A stretch of 64,000 nt of DNA, taken from the NCBI GenBank assembly GCA_001599295.1, contig BCGN01000004.1:1241676-1305675 (forward strand), read 5' to 3'. The first letter of the stretch is position 1; each line of letters starts with the position of its first letter. The position numbers were made by a program, and so were the translations under genes. The notes beneath the pieces were generated by a model, which did not search any database, had not been told where the DNA came from, and worked only from the letters and a program-made list of their open reading frames with translations. Shown here piece by piece: positions 12,276 to 25,566 of the stretch. Source of the stretch: Sporopachydermia quercuum. Its lineage: Eukaryota.

Positions 12276-14090
12276 ATGAGTGATCTAAATACTCTCACAG
12301 TCAATGATCAAGGGGATCAACTCAATAGTGATACATCAGAATTTGAAGGCACATCCAACAAGCTCGANAATCCATTCTCTGACCAAACAGAGATAATAAA
12401 CGGTGAGAATAATTTAGAACAGAGAAACACTACCGATGATATTGCTATGATAACAATGGGACACAGAGATAGTTTTAAAACTCCTTATGGACAAGATGAC
12501 GAAGGATCTGAACGTTCATGGCTCTTAGACAGAGAAAATAGTGATAATGATCTTTCATCGATAGATAATAAAGATGACGACTTGATACAAGGAGTAAAAG
12601 AACGCGATCGTAATAGAAGAATGTCGATGTTGAATATGGAAGAGATTCCCCAAGGTAGACATCTAGGCTTATTTTCAACTGTTATAATTTTCATATCAAG
12701 AATCGTTGGATCAGGAATTTTTGCAACCCCGGGAGGTATCTTCAAAGATGTAGCAGGTTCACCAGTATTATTTTTTCTTGCGTGGTTTATTGCTATGGCT
12801 TTATCATTTGCAGGATTGTATGTGTTTCTAGAACTAGGTTCACTTTTACCCCGAAGCGGAGGTAAGAAAGTATTTCTGGAATTCATTTATTATAAACCGA
12901 AAATGCTCATGAGTGTTATCTTTTGTTTTTACAGTGTTATGTTTGGTTTCTCTGTTTCAAACTCAATCGTCTTTGGTGAATATTTAATGCATGCAATTGG
13001 CTTACAAACTAATGAAAGGGTTGCAAGGTTTATTGGTTTTCTTCTTGTTATATTCTCAACATTTCTACATGGTTCAACAATTAGAGGTGGCGTTTTAGTT
13101 CAAAACTTCCTTGGTAGCATCAAGCTTTTTTTACTATGCATTATGGCTATATCTGGTATTTACGCTCTAGTGTTTCCAACTTCTATCACGGGTGTAACAA
13201 GTCAACTTTCGGTTAAGTCCTTTTTCAGCGTTCCCAATCCTGTCAGTGTTTCAATGTTTGGTACTGCTGTTATTAAAGCCATATATGCTTGTACTGGCTG
13301 GGATAGTGTTCATACTGTTCAAAGCGAGATAAAGAATCCTGTGAGGACATTGAAAATCGCTGGGCCGTTATCTCTAGTTGTAGTTTTCCTGAACTACATA
13401 TTTATCAATTTGGCTTACCTAGTTGTGATTCCTCACGACGAGATGTTGAACGGAGGTCAAATGGTTGGAACAATTCTATTTAAACGCCTTTTTGGTGATT
13501 TCTTAGGGGAAAAACTGCTAACATCATCTGTTGCTATCAGTGCTGCTGGTAACGTTTTAGCAGTTGCTTATTCTGTGTCAAGAATGAATCAGGAAGTATT
13601 CAGAGAAGGTGTTTTCCCATTCTCTACAGTGTTAGCGACCAATTATCCATTTGGTGCCCCTTTGGCTGCACTATTAGTTCACTTACTACTCAGTGCCTCG
13701 ATTTTGCTGTTACCACCACAAGGCAATTTATATGATACAATCATTAGTATTGAAGGATTTGCTGGTCAATTCTTCATGATTCTATTATCATTAGGTGTAT
13801 TTATACTGCGTTCAAGACATCCTGAATTAAGAGCACCAATAAGAGGTTGGAGAATTGCTAACTGGTTACTTTTCTTCACATCAGTGGTAATTTGTCTAAC
13901 TCCATTCACNCCAGGGGGAAATCCTAGTCATGCTCTATTTGCATTTGCATTTTTATTTATAGGGTCAACTTTTTGGGTATTTAAATTTAGAATTTTACCA
14001 TACTTTGGTAAATATATTTTGGCAGAAACAGAGGTTCAATTATATGATGGGTTAACGGTCAAAAAATGGGTAAAGGTTTATAAATCATAG
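12276..14090 (+). CDS. MUP3: APC/LAT-family amino-acid (methionine) permease
   Basis: PQGRHLGLFS...RIVGSGIFATP, ELGSLLPRSGG and SEIKNPVRTL motifs, ~12 TM segments; convergent with a YBT1/VMR1-like gene like MUP3-VMR1 in S. cerevisiae. Confidence 0.8.
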   Translation: MSDLNTLTVNDQGDQLNSDTSEFEGTSNKLXNPFSDQTEIINGENNLEQRNTTDDIAMITMGHRDSFKTPYGQDDEGSERSWLLDRENSDNDLSSIDNKDDDLIQGVKERDRNRRMSMLNMEEIPQGRHLGLFSTVIIFISRIVGSGIFATPGGIFKDVAGSPVLFFLAWFIAMALSFAGLYVFLELGSLLPRSGGKKVFLEFIYYKPKMLMSVIFCFYSVMFGFSVSNSIVFGEYLMHAIGLQTNERVARFIGFLLVIFSTFLHGSTIRGGVLVQNFLGSIKLFLLCIMAISGIYALVFPTSITGVTSQLSVKSFFSVPNPVSVSMFGTAVIKAIYACTGWDSVHTVQSEIKNPVRTLKIAGPLSLVVVFLNYIFINLAYLVVIPHDEMLNGGQMVGTILFKRLFGDFLGEKLLTSSVAISAAGNVLAVAYSVSRMNQEVFREGVFPFSTVLATNYPFGAPLAALLVHLLLSASILLLPPQGNLYDTIISIEGFAGQFFMILLSLGVFILRSRHPELRAPIRGWRIANWLLFFTSVVICLTPFXPGGNPSHALFAFAFLFIGSTFWVFKFRILPYFGKYILAETEVQLYDGLTVKKWVKVYKS

Positions 14091-14729
14091 TGTTATAAAT
14101 AGATCAATTTTATTAGGATAATTATTAAGCAATATGTATATAATGTAATAACAGTAGTGTGATGATAGATTAAGCATAATACCTACTAATAATACTATTA
14201 CAAAATACGATTTCAATATGATTTAACATGGCATTCTACTACCAGCAGCTAGATTCTAGATTCTGTTATTTTAGCAGCCAATTGTAGCACCAATATAACT
14301 CTCACTTCTAATCCTGCTATCCCATTTGATAGTCTAGTTAGCTATTTTCCTATCCTGCTTCAACTCTTCAGCATATACAACAGCAGCATCAACCACATTG
14401 ACGACAATAGAAATGATCTTTAAAAGATTAAGGATCTATTCAGCTTTGANAAAAGAAGAAAGCAACAGAGCAACAAGTTGAGAGGAGACTTACAATGCTA
14501 CATTTTCAATTGGACATAGTAACCTGGCAGCAACAGCAATGACAACAATAGTACTGTTCCTCAAAAATTGGTAATAATTGCTTCACCATAAGACAAGCAA
14601 TATAACATCCCAGACCTGGTTCTCTTCTTACGTGNAAATGCGATCGATGTTTAAACTAGTAAATTTTATTATTTTTTAGAACCCTCATATTAATCTTTCC
14701 TTGTTTCTTGCTTTCCTTTGATTTCCCTT

Positions 14730-17700
14730 TCAATATTGGGATTTACCTAGAACAAATGCCTCTTTTGCAATATCTAATAAAGAATCAAATTCCCCACTAT
14801 CAACACACATCCCTCTGAATAAAGAGCTCTCATCTGACATCAATTTATACGGATGATCATATTCAACAACTTCACCGGCGTCCATAACCAGAATCTTATC
14901 ATAATCTGCAATCGATCTCAATCTATGAGCTATTGTAAGAATAGTACTATCTTTGAATTCATTTCTAATGGTTTTCTGAATCCTAGCGTCTGTTTCGTAA
15001 TCAATTGAAGCGGTAGCTTCATCTAATAATATAATCTTCGGTGCTTTGAGTAATGATCTTGCTAAACACATCAACTGACATTGCCCTTGAGATAAGTTTC
15101 CTCCTCCTTCAGAAACAGGATTCGTTAGATCTAGAAATTGATTCTCATTATCACTACTATAATTATTACTAGTACTATCCTTTGACTCCTTCGACTCACT
15201 TGACTTGTTTGATTCATTGGAACCAGATGACCCAACTACTGCGCTACTACTCTCTGCCACGGTATCAGTCTCAGAAGCTTCAGGAATCAAATGAACTCTT
15301 CTTAATGCTTCAAATATTTGGTCATCCATGAAATCATTAAAAGGATCTAAATTTGACCTTATAGTTCCTTCAAATAACGTTGGATCCTGGGGAATAATTG
15401 ATAACCCTCTTCTTAAATCTTTAACACCAATACTTGCAATGTCAACACCATCAATGACAATGCTACCAGTGTCAAAATTCAGGAATCTAAACAAGGCAGT
15501 AATAATTGTTGATTTACCAGCTCCTGTCCTACCGACGATTCCAATATTGCTTGACGGTTCCACATGGAAACTGACGTTCTTGATAACTAAAGGATTCTCA
15601 GGGGCATACCGCAATGATAAATCGGTCACGGTTATTTCACCTTTATCTGGCCAATTCGCTGGGGGTCGATTCGTTTCGATAACACCTGGTGGTTCTTGCT
15701 CAACATTCAAATACTCTCTTACTCTTTCAACAGAGTTCATCCCCATTTCTAAAACCGCGTATAGTCTTACAACCCATAAGGCATTCTCACTGAATGTTAA
15801 TGCATATGAGATTGATAACCCCGCTAAACCAGCGTCAAGCCTGTTAACATTTAATAGAACGAACGCTGCTGAGAAAAATGAAATCAACGCTCCTGTACTA
15901 TCAGCTCTGAAGCCTAACCAACGATTGGCAACCCATAAATAGAAAAATGGCCGATTATTAGCATCTATACGTTCCATATTCTCACGAATGAATCTCCGTT
16001 CATCTCCATAAGCTCTAATAGTGGAAACACCAACTAATGTCTCAGAAAAGTGTTGATGAATAGGAGACTTCGTCACTGAGTCCAACCGTTTCAGTTCTCT
16101 TGAATTAGCAAGATAGAAAGATGCAACAAAATAGTACAATGCTCCAATGAACACAGCAACAAGTAGAAACCCAGGAGTGATAAAAGTAACCAAAATTAAC
16201 GTAGAGATACAACCCAACACACAGTATAATGTAGCTTCAGCATATGGAGCCAATTCTTGATCAACTGACTCAATATCTTTTGAAAACCTGTTTATAATTC
16301 TTCCTGCTGGTGTGGAATCAAAAAACCGTACTCTAGCATGAACCACACTACGAAGAAGATTCTCAAATATTATTCTAGAGGCTCTGATACCACCAACAAA
16401 CGTTAATAATGATCTAATACTTGCTAAACAGGCATATACCAAACCAATGACACCATAAAGAACAAGGTAAAACACAGTAGAATGGCCTGAAAGCTTTTGG
16501 AAGAAAGAATCATAGCTAGTAGTTACATAATTGACGGTACTAGTAATAACAGCAATTGACGCAGATGTTATTGTGGATTTGATAATAGATAAATGAATAG
16601 GAAGAGGATTCTTTGCTTGAGTTTCACTATCAGCAGCCCATTCACGAACCCACCATGATTGAAAAATATTAGTTAGAATAACAACACCAAAGAGTCCCAA
16701 CAGCATTAACCAAAAAGTAATTGAACCAAAACTTCGTATGTAATCAGAATAAACAGCAAGATCAACTGCACCTTCGGATTTATGCTCATCTTCAACTAGT
16801 TTGCCCAACGCTTGTTTGGCATCAACAGTATCAGAATCTTCATCAACAGGATTCTCTTGGTCTTTGACGTTGGATAATCTTCTCAACCGTTTAGCAAGTT
16901 TATTAGGATTTAAAACATGTGAATTCTCCTCATTGGCCATACTTTGAAGATTGACAAATGAAGATGTAACTGATGATAAAACACTGGTTGCGATACTTTC
17001 ATCATTTCCTAAAGCTCCGAGCTCATACACTTCTTCTGGCGTCCCTTGAGCTTTAACATGACCATTAGCCATAATGATGATATGCTGAGCTTTTTGAATC
17101 GTTAGCATGATATTATGAGATACTAGTATGCAAGTTCTACCTTCCATTAAAGGTCCGGTAATACAATTGTCATAAATCCATAGAGAAGTGTGAGAATCAA
17201 CGGCCGATAAACAATCATCAAGTAATAGATGTCTTGAGGAAGAGTATAACGCTCTAGCTAGAGATATTCTCTGTTTTTGACCCCCTGATAATGCGATACC
17301 TTTTTCTCCAATTTCTGTTTGGTCTCCTGCTTCAAGAATCTCTAAATCTCTTTCTAATCCACAGGCTGAGATGACCTCATAGTATCTATCTTCATCGAGT
17401 GGAGAGGAAAAAGTTATATTATTTCTAACGGTATCATTAAGTAGCCACGCTTGCTGTGAACAATATGCAACTGTTTCTGCCAACCCTGTTTCATTGTCAA
17501 TAGCTACGTCTTCTCTCGCTTCGATACCTGGAAGGAAAACATTACCAGAAACATGTTTCATTTCCCCTAATAGTGCCATCAACAAGGATGTTTTTCCTGA
17601 TCCTGTGGGTCCATAAATCACATTGAGTTGCCCAGTCTTGAATTCAATGTTCAAATCATACAATCTGAAGTCAGTTGAATGATTTCCCCATGTGAACGTC

Positions 17701-20035
17701 GCATTATTTTCAAATCCAATGTATGGAGAACTAGGACCTCTTGGTGTAACTAATTGATGGAATTTATTTGACTCCTCTTGATTTAGAAAGTCTTCAATTC
17801 TATCTAATGACACCTTGGATTGAACAACACTACTGAGCATATCAGCTAATTGATCCAGAGGAATTCTCAGGAGATTAAATAATGATAATGCAGTAAAAGC
17901 TACAGGGGTAGTTAATGTTTCACCAGCAACTAGAATATAAAATCCAAAGGAACACAATGTAACTAATGAAGGAGTGACAACCCATATAAATGTGGAGATA
18001 ACCCAAGCATAACTTCTTTTCTTGATCGCATTCATTTCGTCATTTCTGATTTTCATAACGTTCTCTTGGAATTTTTCCTCCCAAGCAAAGTACTTGATTA
18101 TTCGAATGCTTTGAAGGATTTCATTGATCTTCTGGATCCTTTTATCTGTATGTTTCATTAATTCCTTCTGAATAACTCCGAATATGTTATTCACATAATA
18201 ATTCAAAGGAAAGACAATAGCGAAAACCGTTGCTCCAAATAGTGCACTCCAGCCTATTAGTCGGTATAATAGATATATTGCAATTATTGTCATTAGAATA
18301 CCAGAAACAAAGAAATGTAGATATGCACATAATTCTGATACCTTAAACGAATCAACTGACATCAGATTAATAATAGCACCAATATTCTTTGAAGATGTAA
18401 GATCATCAGAAGTAGGAGTAGAATCAGAACTCGAACTGGAGCTAGCTGATTCATCTTTCTTATCTTTCTTATCTTTCTTATCTTTCTTATCAACAGCCTT
18501 AATTTTATCATTTTTACCGTCAGTTGTTTCTTTAGTTGATTCATCTTCACTTTCTGATTTCTCTGATACAGTAACTTTCCGCTTGAGTGCTTTAGTATAA
18601 ATCTCACTGATCAAAATAGCTCTCATTTGAACACATATTCGACGACCAATGAAAAGAGCCAATCCATTTGTCAATGTATCCAAAACACTTAAGCCTAACA
18701 TACACATAACATAAAACCAAGCAAGGCTTTTCATTTCCGGCTTAGGGTCTTCAACATATTCTAGGACCTTTTTCATGATAAGAGAAGGGCAGAAAATAAG
18801 ACAGGCTTCAATTCCGGCCCATAAGAATTGCAGTAGAATCTTCTGCTTGAAATATGATAATAATTTGATAGTGAATCTTGCCTTTGATTTGAATCTTCTC
18901 CAATTATCTAACACAACAAATGAATAATCTGCTTCTCTTAAATCCCATACATCTGATTCTTCTAATGCTTGTTTATAACCTTTAATCAGTAAAGATGTTA
19001 TCCATTCATACGTAACTAATGATAATAAAGGTGTGATGGGTTCGGGAGAAGGAATCAATTTAGAGTTGCTATCATCAATTATAATTCGTGCCGGTTCATC
19101 AGACACTTTAGCTGTGTAGTTGAGAATAGTTAATATAGAAATGACAATGAAACTTGAGATATAGAAAAAATGGGACTCCACAGTTGTATGGTTGAAATAT
19201 GCTGATCGAAAATTCAACATAGCAGGAACCCATAAAACACTGTAGATAATTGTAGAATGTCTCCATAGGTGGGGTAATGGGAAAAGTTTTCTTTTAGAGA
19301 AAGCATTGATAACCCTCATCGAAACCAGAGCTAATAGATACAACCAGAAACCGATATTAATCAAAGGAGTTGAATATGACTGTTCCCATTCAGAATTTAA
19401 AGATGAATCAAAAACAGTAATAGCCCATGAAGCAGTTTGATACAAAACTAATAGTAATTCTAGACAGATCCTGAGTTTACCCATAGCGGAAACGTAAATG
19501 ATATCAACATGATGTTTCATGCTAGAGCTTGGTGATAACAAAGCTTTCATAATATCAAACCTACTATCAATTATATCATCAACAGTAGGATTTTCATTTT
19601 TTGTTGTTATTCCTGAGTGAGATCCATAATTATTGCTGCCGTTACCATTACTATTGCCATAACTATTACTACTGCTATTGTTGAGTAAAGTATCTGATGA
19701 TAGTAAAGGAGCATTCTCATCTATAGGGAACTCTGAACCATTCTCAGGAAGTAAATCTTCGTCAATGGTTTCACCGTTAAGAAGTTTTTTCTTCACCTTC
19801 AAAAATTGTACCGGAGATTTTTGATGATATTTGCTTGTTGAATAAAGAAGCAATAAAATTGATACTGTGAATATAGCTAACGGTATTTGAGTTTCTAACA
19901 GTCTATAGTAATGTTAGTTAGATATGCTACCATTTGGTGTACATATAATGAAAATGGCTGATTATGCCATACTTACCTATGCCTTCCACAGGCTGTAAAA
20001 TCATCAATTGACCAAATCTTACAGTTATCAATCAT
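14730..20035 (-). CDS. YBT1: ABCC/MRP vacuolar ABC transporter (Ybt1/Vmr1-like); exons 20035-19977 and 19902-14730 (~1743 aa)
   Basis: Two NBDs (GPTGSGKT/LSGGQKQR and GRTGAGKS/LSQGQ); intron 19976-19903 (GTAAGT...ACTAAC...TAG) adds N-terminus MIDNCKIWSIDDFTACGR typical of Ybt1-like proteins. Confidence 0.9.
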
Positions 20036-20597
20036 TATAGAGACATGTGTGTGTATGTAATTCTACTACAACCGATAAATCAATTGCTGATTTAATGTAC
20101 AGAAATTAACTACCGGTGAATGCCTCGATAGTAATGATAATACTAACAACAATAATAACAATAGTTTAGTTTTTCACCAATCAATCAATCTTCTAGTTGT
20201 ATTCTATTCTAATGTTTAAATTAACTTTCATTTGAATATTTCTTGCGAAATTATTTGCTGCTGTAACGAATACTGACTAACTACGGCTCTCCCTTTAGTA
20301 CTGATCTGGGTATAATTTATTCATCAACGAACCTAATCCTTTCTAAGCCTAAAGGGTGGATTATTATATTGACCTGGCAAAATAACCCTCTGCAAACAAA
20401 TAACAATAACTCTCAACCTGAATTCTCAGTAGAATATAATAGAATTATGACTAGAAAGAGAAAAGAACTGATGAACTACACCCTCTCTCGCTTGGTTGCT
20501 CTTGAAAAGGTCTGAAATGAGGCAAAAACAGAAAAAACGTTCCTATGAGGAAAAGTTAGGTACATAAGGCCTGCATGCTATCGCAGTGATAATATAG

Positions 20598-20604
20598 TGA
20601 GTCA
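20598..20604. promoter_or_regulatory. AP-1/Gcn4-type site TGAGTCA upstream of the YBT1-like gene
   Basis: Perfect TGA(C/G)TCA within GTGAGTCAC, ~560 bp upstream of the ATG. Confidence 0.4.
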
Positions 20605-21722
20605 CCTGAAGAAGAAGGAGAGTGATATGAAGTGTTCGCAACTTGACATTTTTGTATAGTCGGAAATAAGTAGTTTAGATATGTTTTTGAAAAGACTATA
20701 TTTAAGAATAATAGTAGTATGGTTTATTTTTCATGACTATGTTTCAGAATGATGTTCGAAGATTTGCCCCTTGTAAGAGACAGTAATAAACAATAAACAC
20801 TACATATGTGTTTTGTACCCTTTCCTGTGCTAACTATGCAGGGTAATGTATTCATACTTAAAGTTCACATGTCATTATTGCTTAAGGTTACCATGAAAAG
20901 AACTTACAATAGTTCTATAGCAATTAACAGATACTAGTGAGAAAGTACATTACTGAATAGTATACAGTGAATAAACTTTTCACCAGTAAGATTTTTTTTG
21001 AATAGAGAATTTAAATATAAATACTGTAACAATATTCTGAGAAGTTGTTAAGCTGTTCTAAACCCATTAATAAACAGAATATCTCCAGCCAGGAGCCAAG
21101 AATTTACCAATCGTAGAATATGTTTCTTAATGAGGAAACATATTTCACATAACTCACAGAAGGAGAATAAAGCCCAGGAAGCGTACGAAGTGAATGGAAA
21201 ACGCGATCTTGAGAAGCGGAGAATATTTAAATTCGAATAAGAACGAGGGACTGGAAGGCTCAAAGTTGGCAAATGGCTCTCTGTGATGTACCAAGATCAT
21301 GTTCTTGCAAATCTTTATCAGTTGAGCTTCTTAGAGGTAAAGAGAGATTGAATGTGAGAGTCCGCCTCGCGAACTGTCAAACACAACTACGAAGCTATAG
21401 AAAAGCATTGGCTCCTTCTTTTAGTATTGTAGGAGGCTTCTAGCTTAAAGTATTTTTATATCTGTATTCAAGGTCTATTTATTCAATCATATATCGTTTA
21501 GTGCCATTCTTATGTTGCTCGTAAAGTGAATACTTCTCTTGACAATGTGGGGTTGCATTGTTCACGTGATAAGTTCCAAGTTTGTTCCTGCATGTACCTG
21601 CGTCATTATGCATGAACTATGAACTACTAAACGGTACTTACAATCAATTAACCATATGTATATCCATTGAAATATCTATTTACCCATTAATATATAACCA
21701 TTGATAATTACTATTTATAATA

Positions 21723-24353
21723 CTAAGTAACAATTTCCCTTATAAGGTTAATTACTGTCCCCGTAGCCCAAAATCCCACAGTAGCAATTCCTATTTGCTT
21801 ACTCATAACCCATCCATTCATAGGAACAGAAACCAATAAGAATACTAATATAACAACAAGAGTAATTCCTGAAATTATCAAACTAACAGATAAATCTAGA
21901 TGATACGAGAAATCACCTAATGAAAGATCTCGTGATAATAATACAACTGTACCACTGAATCCTATACCAACTAAAATATTCAGCATAGGTCCACCGAAAC
22001 AAGCACTTAAAGCCATCATAGGGTACCCCATTTTTGCTACAGTAATATCTGCTACAAGATCACCAAGAGAATTACCAAGGGCAAACACCGTAAGACCCAG
22101 TATAGCATCTGATATACCTGAGATAACTCCAATAGCTTTTAGTATACCAACGACTTCATTAGCGATAGCAGAAATCCATGTGATACTAACGAAGAAACCC
22201 CAGAAACATAGAATAGAATTCAAAGTGCTTTTCACTTTCTCTCCTTTGAGAACTGTACTGATTAACACTGTAGTTCCTGTTAACATTATTGATACAGATA
22301 GTGCTATTATCATAGGCTTAAGTAAAGGAATATCAAAGAATAAAAAGAAACACACCAATAAAGGTCCTAGAAATGATTGCAGCCAGATCAACCAATATCC
22401 AGGTTTTAAATCTTCTACTGGTTCCTCATCTTCTTCAGTAAGTAATAGTGCACCACCCTTAGAGTTGTTGATAATATTTATATTACCAACCGGTACACTT
22501 GTAGTTAGCAGGAATACAAAAGGGGCACTGACTAATCGGGAAACCTTATCAACAATAGAACTGTGATTGAAATTAACCATAGTTGGGAAAAGTATGTGAT
22601 ACCATTTTACACTTCTTGGGTCAATAGTAGCTGCCATTTCAATTTGAGCTAATTGATCATTAATTTCATTTTGGTCGCCTTGTTTAGAGTATTTCTGCTT
22701 CCATTTCTTCCACAACTTCTTAACTCTGTTGTGATCATTCTCTGTCGCTGTTGGTACCTCTTCCAAATCGGTTAAATTAGTTGTCGAGCCTGTTGCTTCA
22801 CTCGGAACAACAGTATCACTAACTAGTCCTGAGTCAAGCGATATTATAGAAGCATCATCTGTCGCGTTGTGGAAATCATCAAATACATTCAAATTATCTT
22901 CTCCTGGTATTTCATCAAGCTTTATCATATATTTTCCTGCACCCTGATTTTGTTCTAAACCTTGTAATACATTTCTAAACTCCAAAGCCCCTAATAAAGA
23001 TGGTCTAATGTTCTTTCTAGATGTTTGATCAGTGTTTAAAGACATTCCTCTGGTCAATAACCAATAAGCATTTTCTTCGTTCGAATTTCCATTCTCAGTA
23101 TTGTCTTCAGCATTAACGCTTTCTATATCTCTTGTACCTCTGAGAAGTTCATTGTGTTCCTGGTCAGCAAATTCAGTATCTAACCCACTTAAATCAATTC
23201 TTTGTGATAGAATATCGTTCTGATTATCAACAATCTCTTCGTCAGGATCAATTTCTCTTTCGTGACCTTCTTCTACATAGAAACTTCTTGCTTTGGCATC
23301 AACTAAATACTGACGTCTTCTTCTGGTTCCGATGACTTGCCATCCAACAACAAATACAACGTAAAATGCATAAAATAACAACATTAATGAACATTTCCAA
23401 AATGTAAGGCTTCCAGTACCAATGGAAATTAATACCACAACGATTGCAGCCAAAAAGAAGGAAACATCCCGCACAAATGATTTCCTTGCTACTTTAAAAG
23501 GAGAGATAATACTCATTGAACCAGCAACGACACCTGATATAAATGCTGCTGCTCCTAATAGTTCACCTATTGCCAATGAACCACTACCAATTTTCATAGC
23601 GGCAAAAGTACTAAAAACATCAGGTGAACCATTTCCAAACGCAAGAAATGTCACACCAGCTAAACTTTCAGACATTCCCATCATAACGGATATGCAGTTC
23701 AGGTTGGGACATAAAAAATCTGACGCTGCCAATCCCAAAGTTAAGAAGAGAACTCCTAAGAAAAATATCATAAAACAAGTGACAAACCCTTTTGTTGCAC
23801 CATTACCGCAATAATACATTTCAAGGTAATTGAAAAACCCAATATGTTCATCATCACAGTACTCTTTCACAAATCTGCACATATCTGGTGCTGAATGAAC
23901 TTCTTCACACGTTAATTCATCGTCTGGCTCAGGTAAGTCGGGATCATCGTCACTATCATTATCCTGGCGTTTGGTTATAGTTTGAACAGTCGGTTTGAAA
24001 ACATTGGCACTCAAAAGGTCCAGGGAACTAGTTAATTCACTCTCAACGCTGTAGTTATTTTCGATAACAACTAATGTAACATCTTGATACGTAGTATAAG
24101 AAAGTTTAAGCAGAAATAATGCTAACAAGCTGCCACTAAGAGCTAATAGAATCTTTCTTCGAAGTGAAAACAACCTTATGATTTTCTGTCTGGTATCACT
24201 CAATTTCAGGTCACTACCATTCAAACATCTATTGTTAACTTCTCTTGATTTGATTGCTACCTCTTTTATTCTTTGTTGATTAGTATCACCTTCTTGTGAT
24301 TTAGCCAATTCATCATAATAGTCTCCAGAGACTAAATGAATCATATTAGTCAT
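21723..24353 (-). CDS. ECM27: Ca2+/cation exchanger (CCX/NCLX family)
   Basis: Alpha-1 repeat AGVTFLAFGNGSPD and alpha-2 repeat GLTVFALGNSLGD; next to ADO1 as in S. cerevisiae. Confidence 0.88.
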   Translation of the reverse strand: MTNMIHLVSGDYYDELAKSQEGDTNQQRIKEVAIKSREVNNRCLNGSDLKLSDTRQKIIRLFSLRRKILLALSGSLLALFLLKLSYTTYQDVTLVVIENNYSVESELTSSLDLLSANVFKPTVQTITKRQDNDSDDDPDLPEPDDELTCEEVHSAPDMCRFVKEYCDDEHIGFFNYLEMYYCGNGATKGFVTCFMIFFLGVLFLTLGLAASDFLCPNLNCISVMMGMSESLAGVTFLAFGNGSPDVFSTFAAMKIGSGSLAIGELLGAAAFISGVVAGSMSIISPFKVARKSFVRDVSFFLAAIVVVLISIGTGSLTFWKCSLMLLFYAFYVVFVVGWQVIGTRRRRQYLVDAKARSFYVEEGHEREIDPDEEIVDNQNDILSQRIDLSGLDTEFADQEHNELLRGTRDIESVNAEDNTENGNSNEENAYWLLTRGMSLNTDQTSRKNIRPSLLGALEFRNVLQGLEQNQGAGKYMIKLDEIPGEDNLNVFDDFHNATDDASIISLDSGLVSDTVVPSEATGSTTNLTDLEEVPTATENDHNRVKKLWKKWKQKYSKQGDQNEINDQLAQIEMAATIDPRSVKWYHILFPTMVNFNHSSIVDKVSRLVSAPFVFLLTTSVPVGNINIINNSKGGALLLTEEDEEPVEDLKPGYWLIWLQSFLGPLLVCFFLFFDIPLLKPMIIALSVSIMLTGTTVLISTVLKGEKVKSTLNSILCFWGFFVSITWISAIANEVVGILKAIGVISGISDAILGLTVFALGNSLGDLVADITVAKMGYPMMALSACFGGPMLNILVGIGFSGTVVLLSRDLSLGDFSYHLDLSVSLIISGITLVVILVFLLVSVPMNGWVMSKQIGIATVGFWATGTVINLIREIVT

Positions 24354-25566
24354 TTTGTTCCTGCTTTTAAGTATATCATCTAGAAACCATTTTAACCGTA
24401 TAAAGCTACCAAATTGGTTGATCTTAATATGAATATAGCAGATTAAATGTTTGGCTTTAATGTCACTTTTTGTAGATAGAAAACGAACAATGATAATGAA
24501 AAGGCTGGCAAATTATAGAGGAGTTTGATAGTTGACCCTGAAACAACGCCAGAATCGTGAAAATAATGAAATGTACTGATTGCAGGACACTGCATAAATT
24601 ATACATAGGTATTATTGAAGGACAGAAAGGGTCACTAGTAGAGTTAATGGAAAGGAAATTCAAAGAAAATGCGAATGACAACTGAAATAAAACCAAAAAT
24701 TAACAAATTCGCGCCAAAATTTATGAGTTTTATATGCTTTATAACAAAGCCGCTGAACTCAGTTACTAATGGTTATATTCTAGCAGAGTATGGAACAAGA
24801 CATACTATGTGTTTGCTTATTCAACCTAATGCATAATTATGCATAGTAAGAGATTTTAGGAAGTCCGTCGGATATAAACTTCGGATTGACTGATCGGTGT
24901 TACTTGATAAAGAATAGAAATACAGAAGAATTAAAGAATTCAATTCAATCATCTAGATATCTATAAATTATTCTATACTAGAAAACGGACCACTTATTCT
25001 AATTATTATAGACCATCAGCTAGCATCAATTGATAATACATATGGTCTTATAGAATTAATGACTGTTAAATCAGTCATTGAGTTAGCAGCAAATAACTTA
25101 TGCACTTACATTTAGATCTCCATTAGTATTGAGCAAATAACTTAGAGAAATGCAGTTGAAAACATTTATTAAAATAGTAATTAGAGTACGGCATTGCCAA
25201 TTGAAAATAGGAAACATTAATATACAGACATGCTTTAAATGAAATAAACTAAGACCAAAAGATAGTTCAATCGATAAAAAGATCAAACCTCTAGATTGAA
25301 AAACCCAAACATGTCACCAGAATCCCATGATATTATCCAAATAAAAGTGACTAAAAGCAATAAAGATAACCTGTTGGAAATGAAGAAAAAAGGAAATGTG
25401 AAAGTTTTGAAAAAATTAATAGAAATCTATGCATTAAACCAACTGACATAATTGAAAAACCTCTGTTGAAAATGTTAATTAACTATGTCTAGCGTTCAAC
25501 ACATTCAATGCTGGTATATCATGTGATATAATATATACAATTTTCACACGCAATCTAGAATATGAT

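Noticed and set aside
14220..14620. Ser/Thr/Gln-like low-complexity stretch, possible pseudogene
   Set aside because: Frequent stops in the frames examined and no identifiable homology
18455..18492. Short coding repeats (DKK in Ybt1; also PEPK in Spt7 at ~43331-43369, DA in Fth1, poly-Ala in Atp3)
   Set aside because: Ordinary slippage repeats in disordered loops
21040..21460. Coding-like purine-rich stretch, possible transposon relic
   Set aside because: No sustained reading frame, recognisable motif or terminal repeats found by eye
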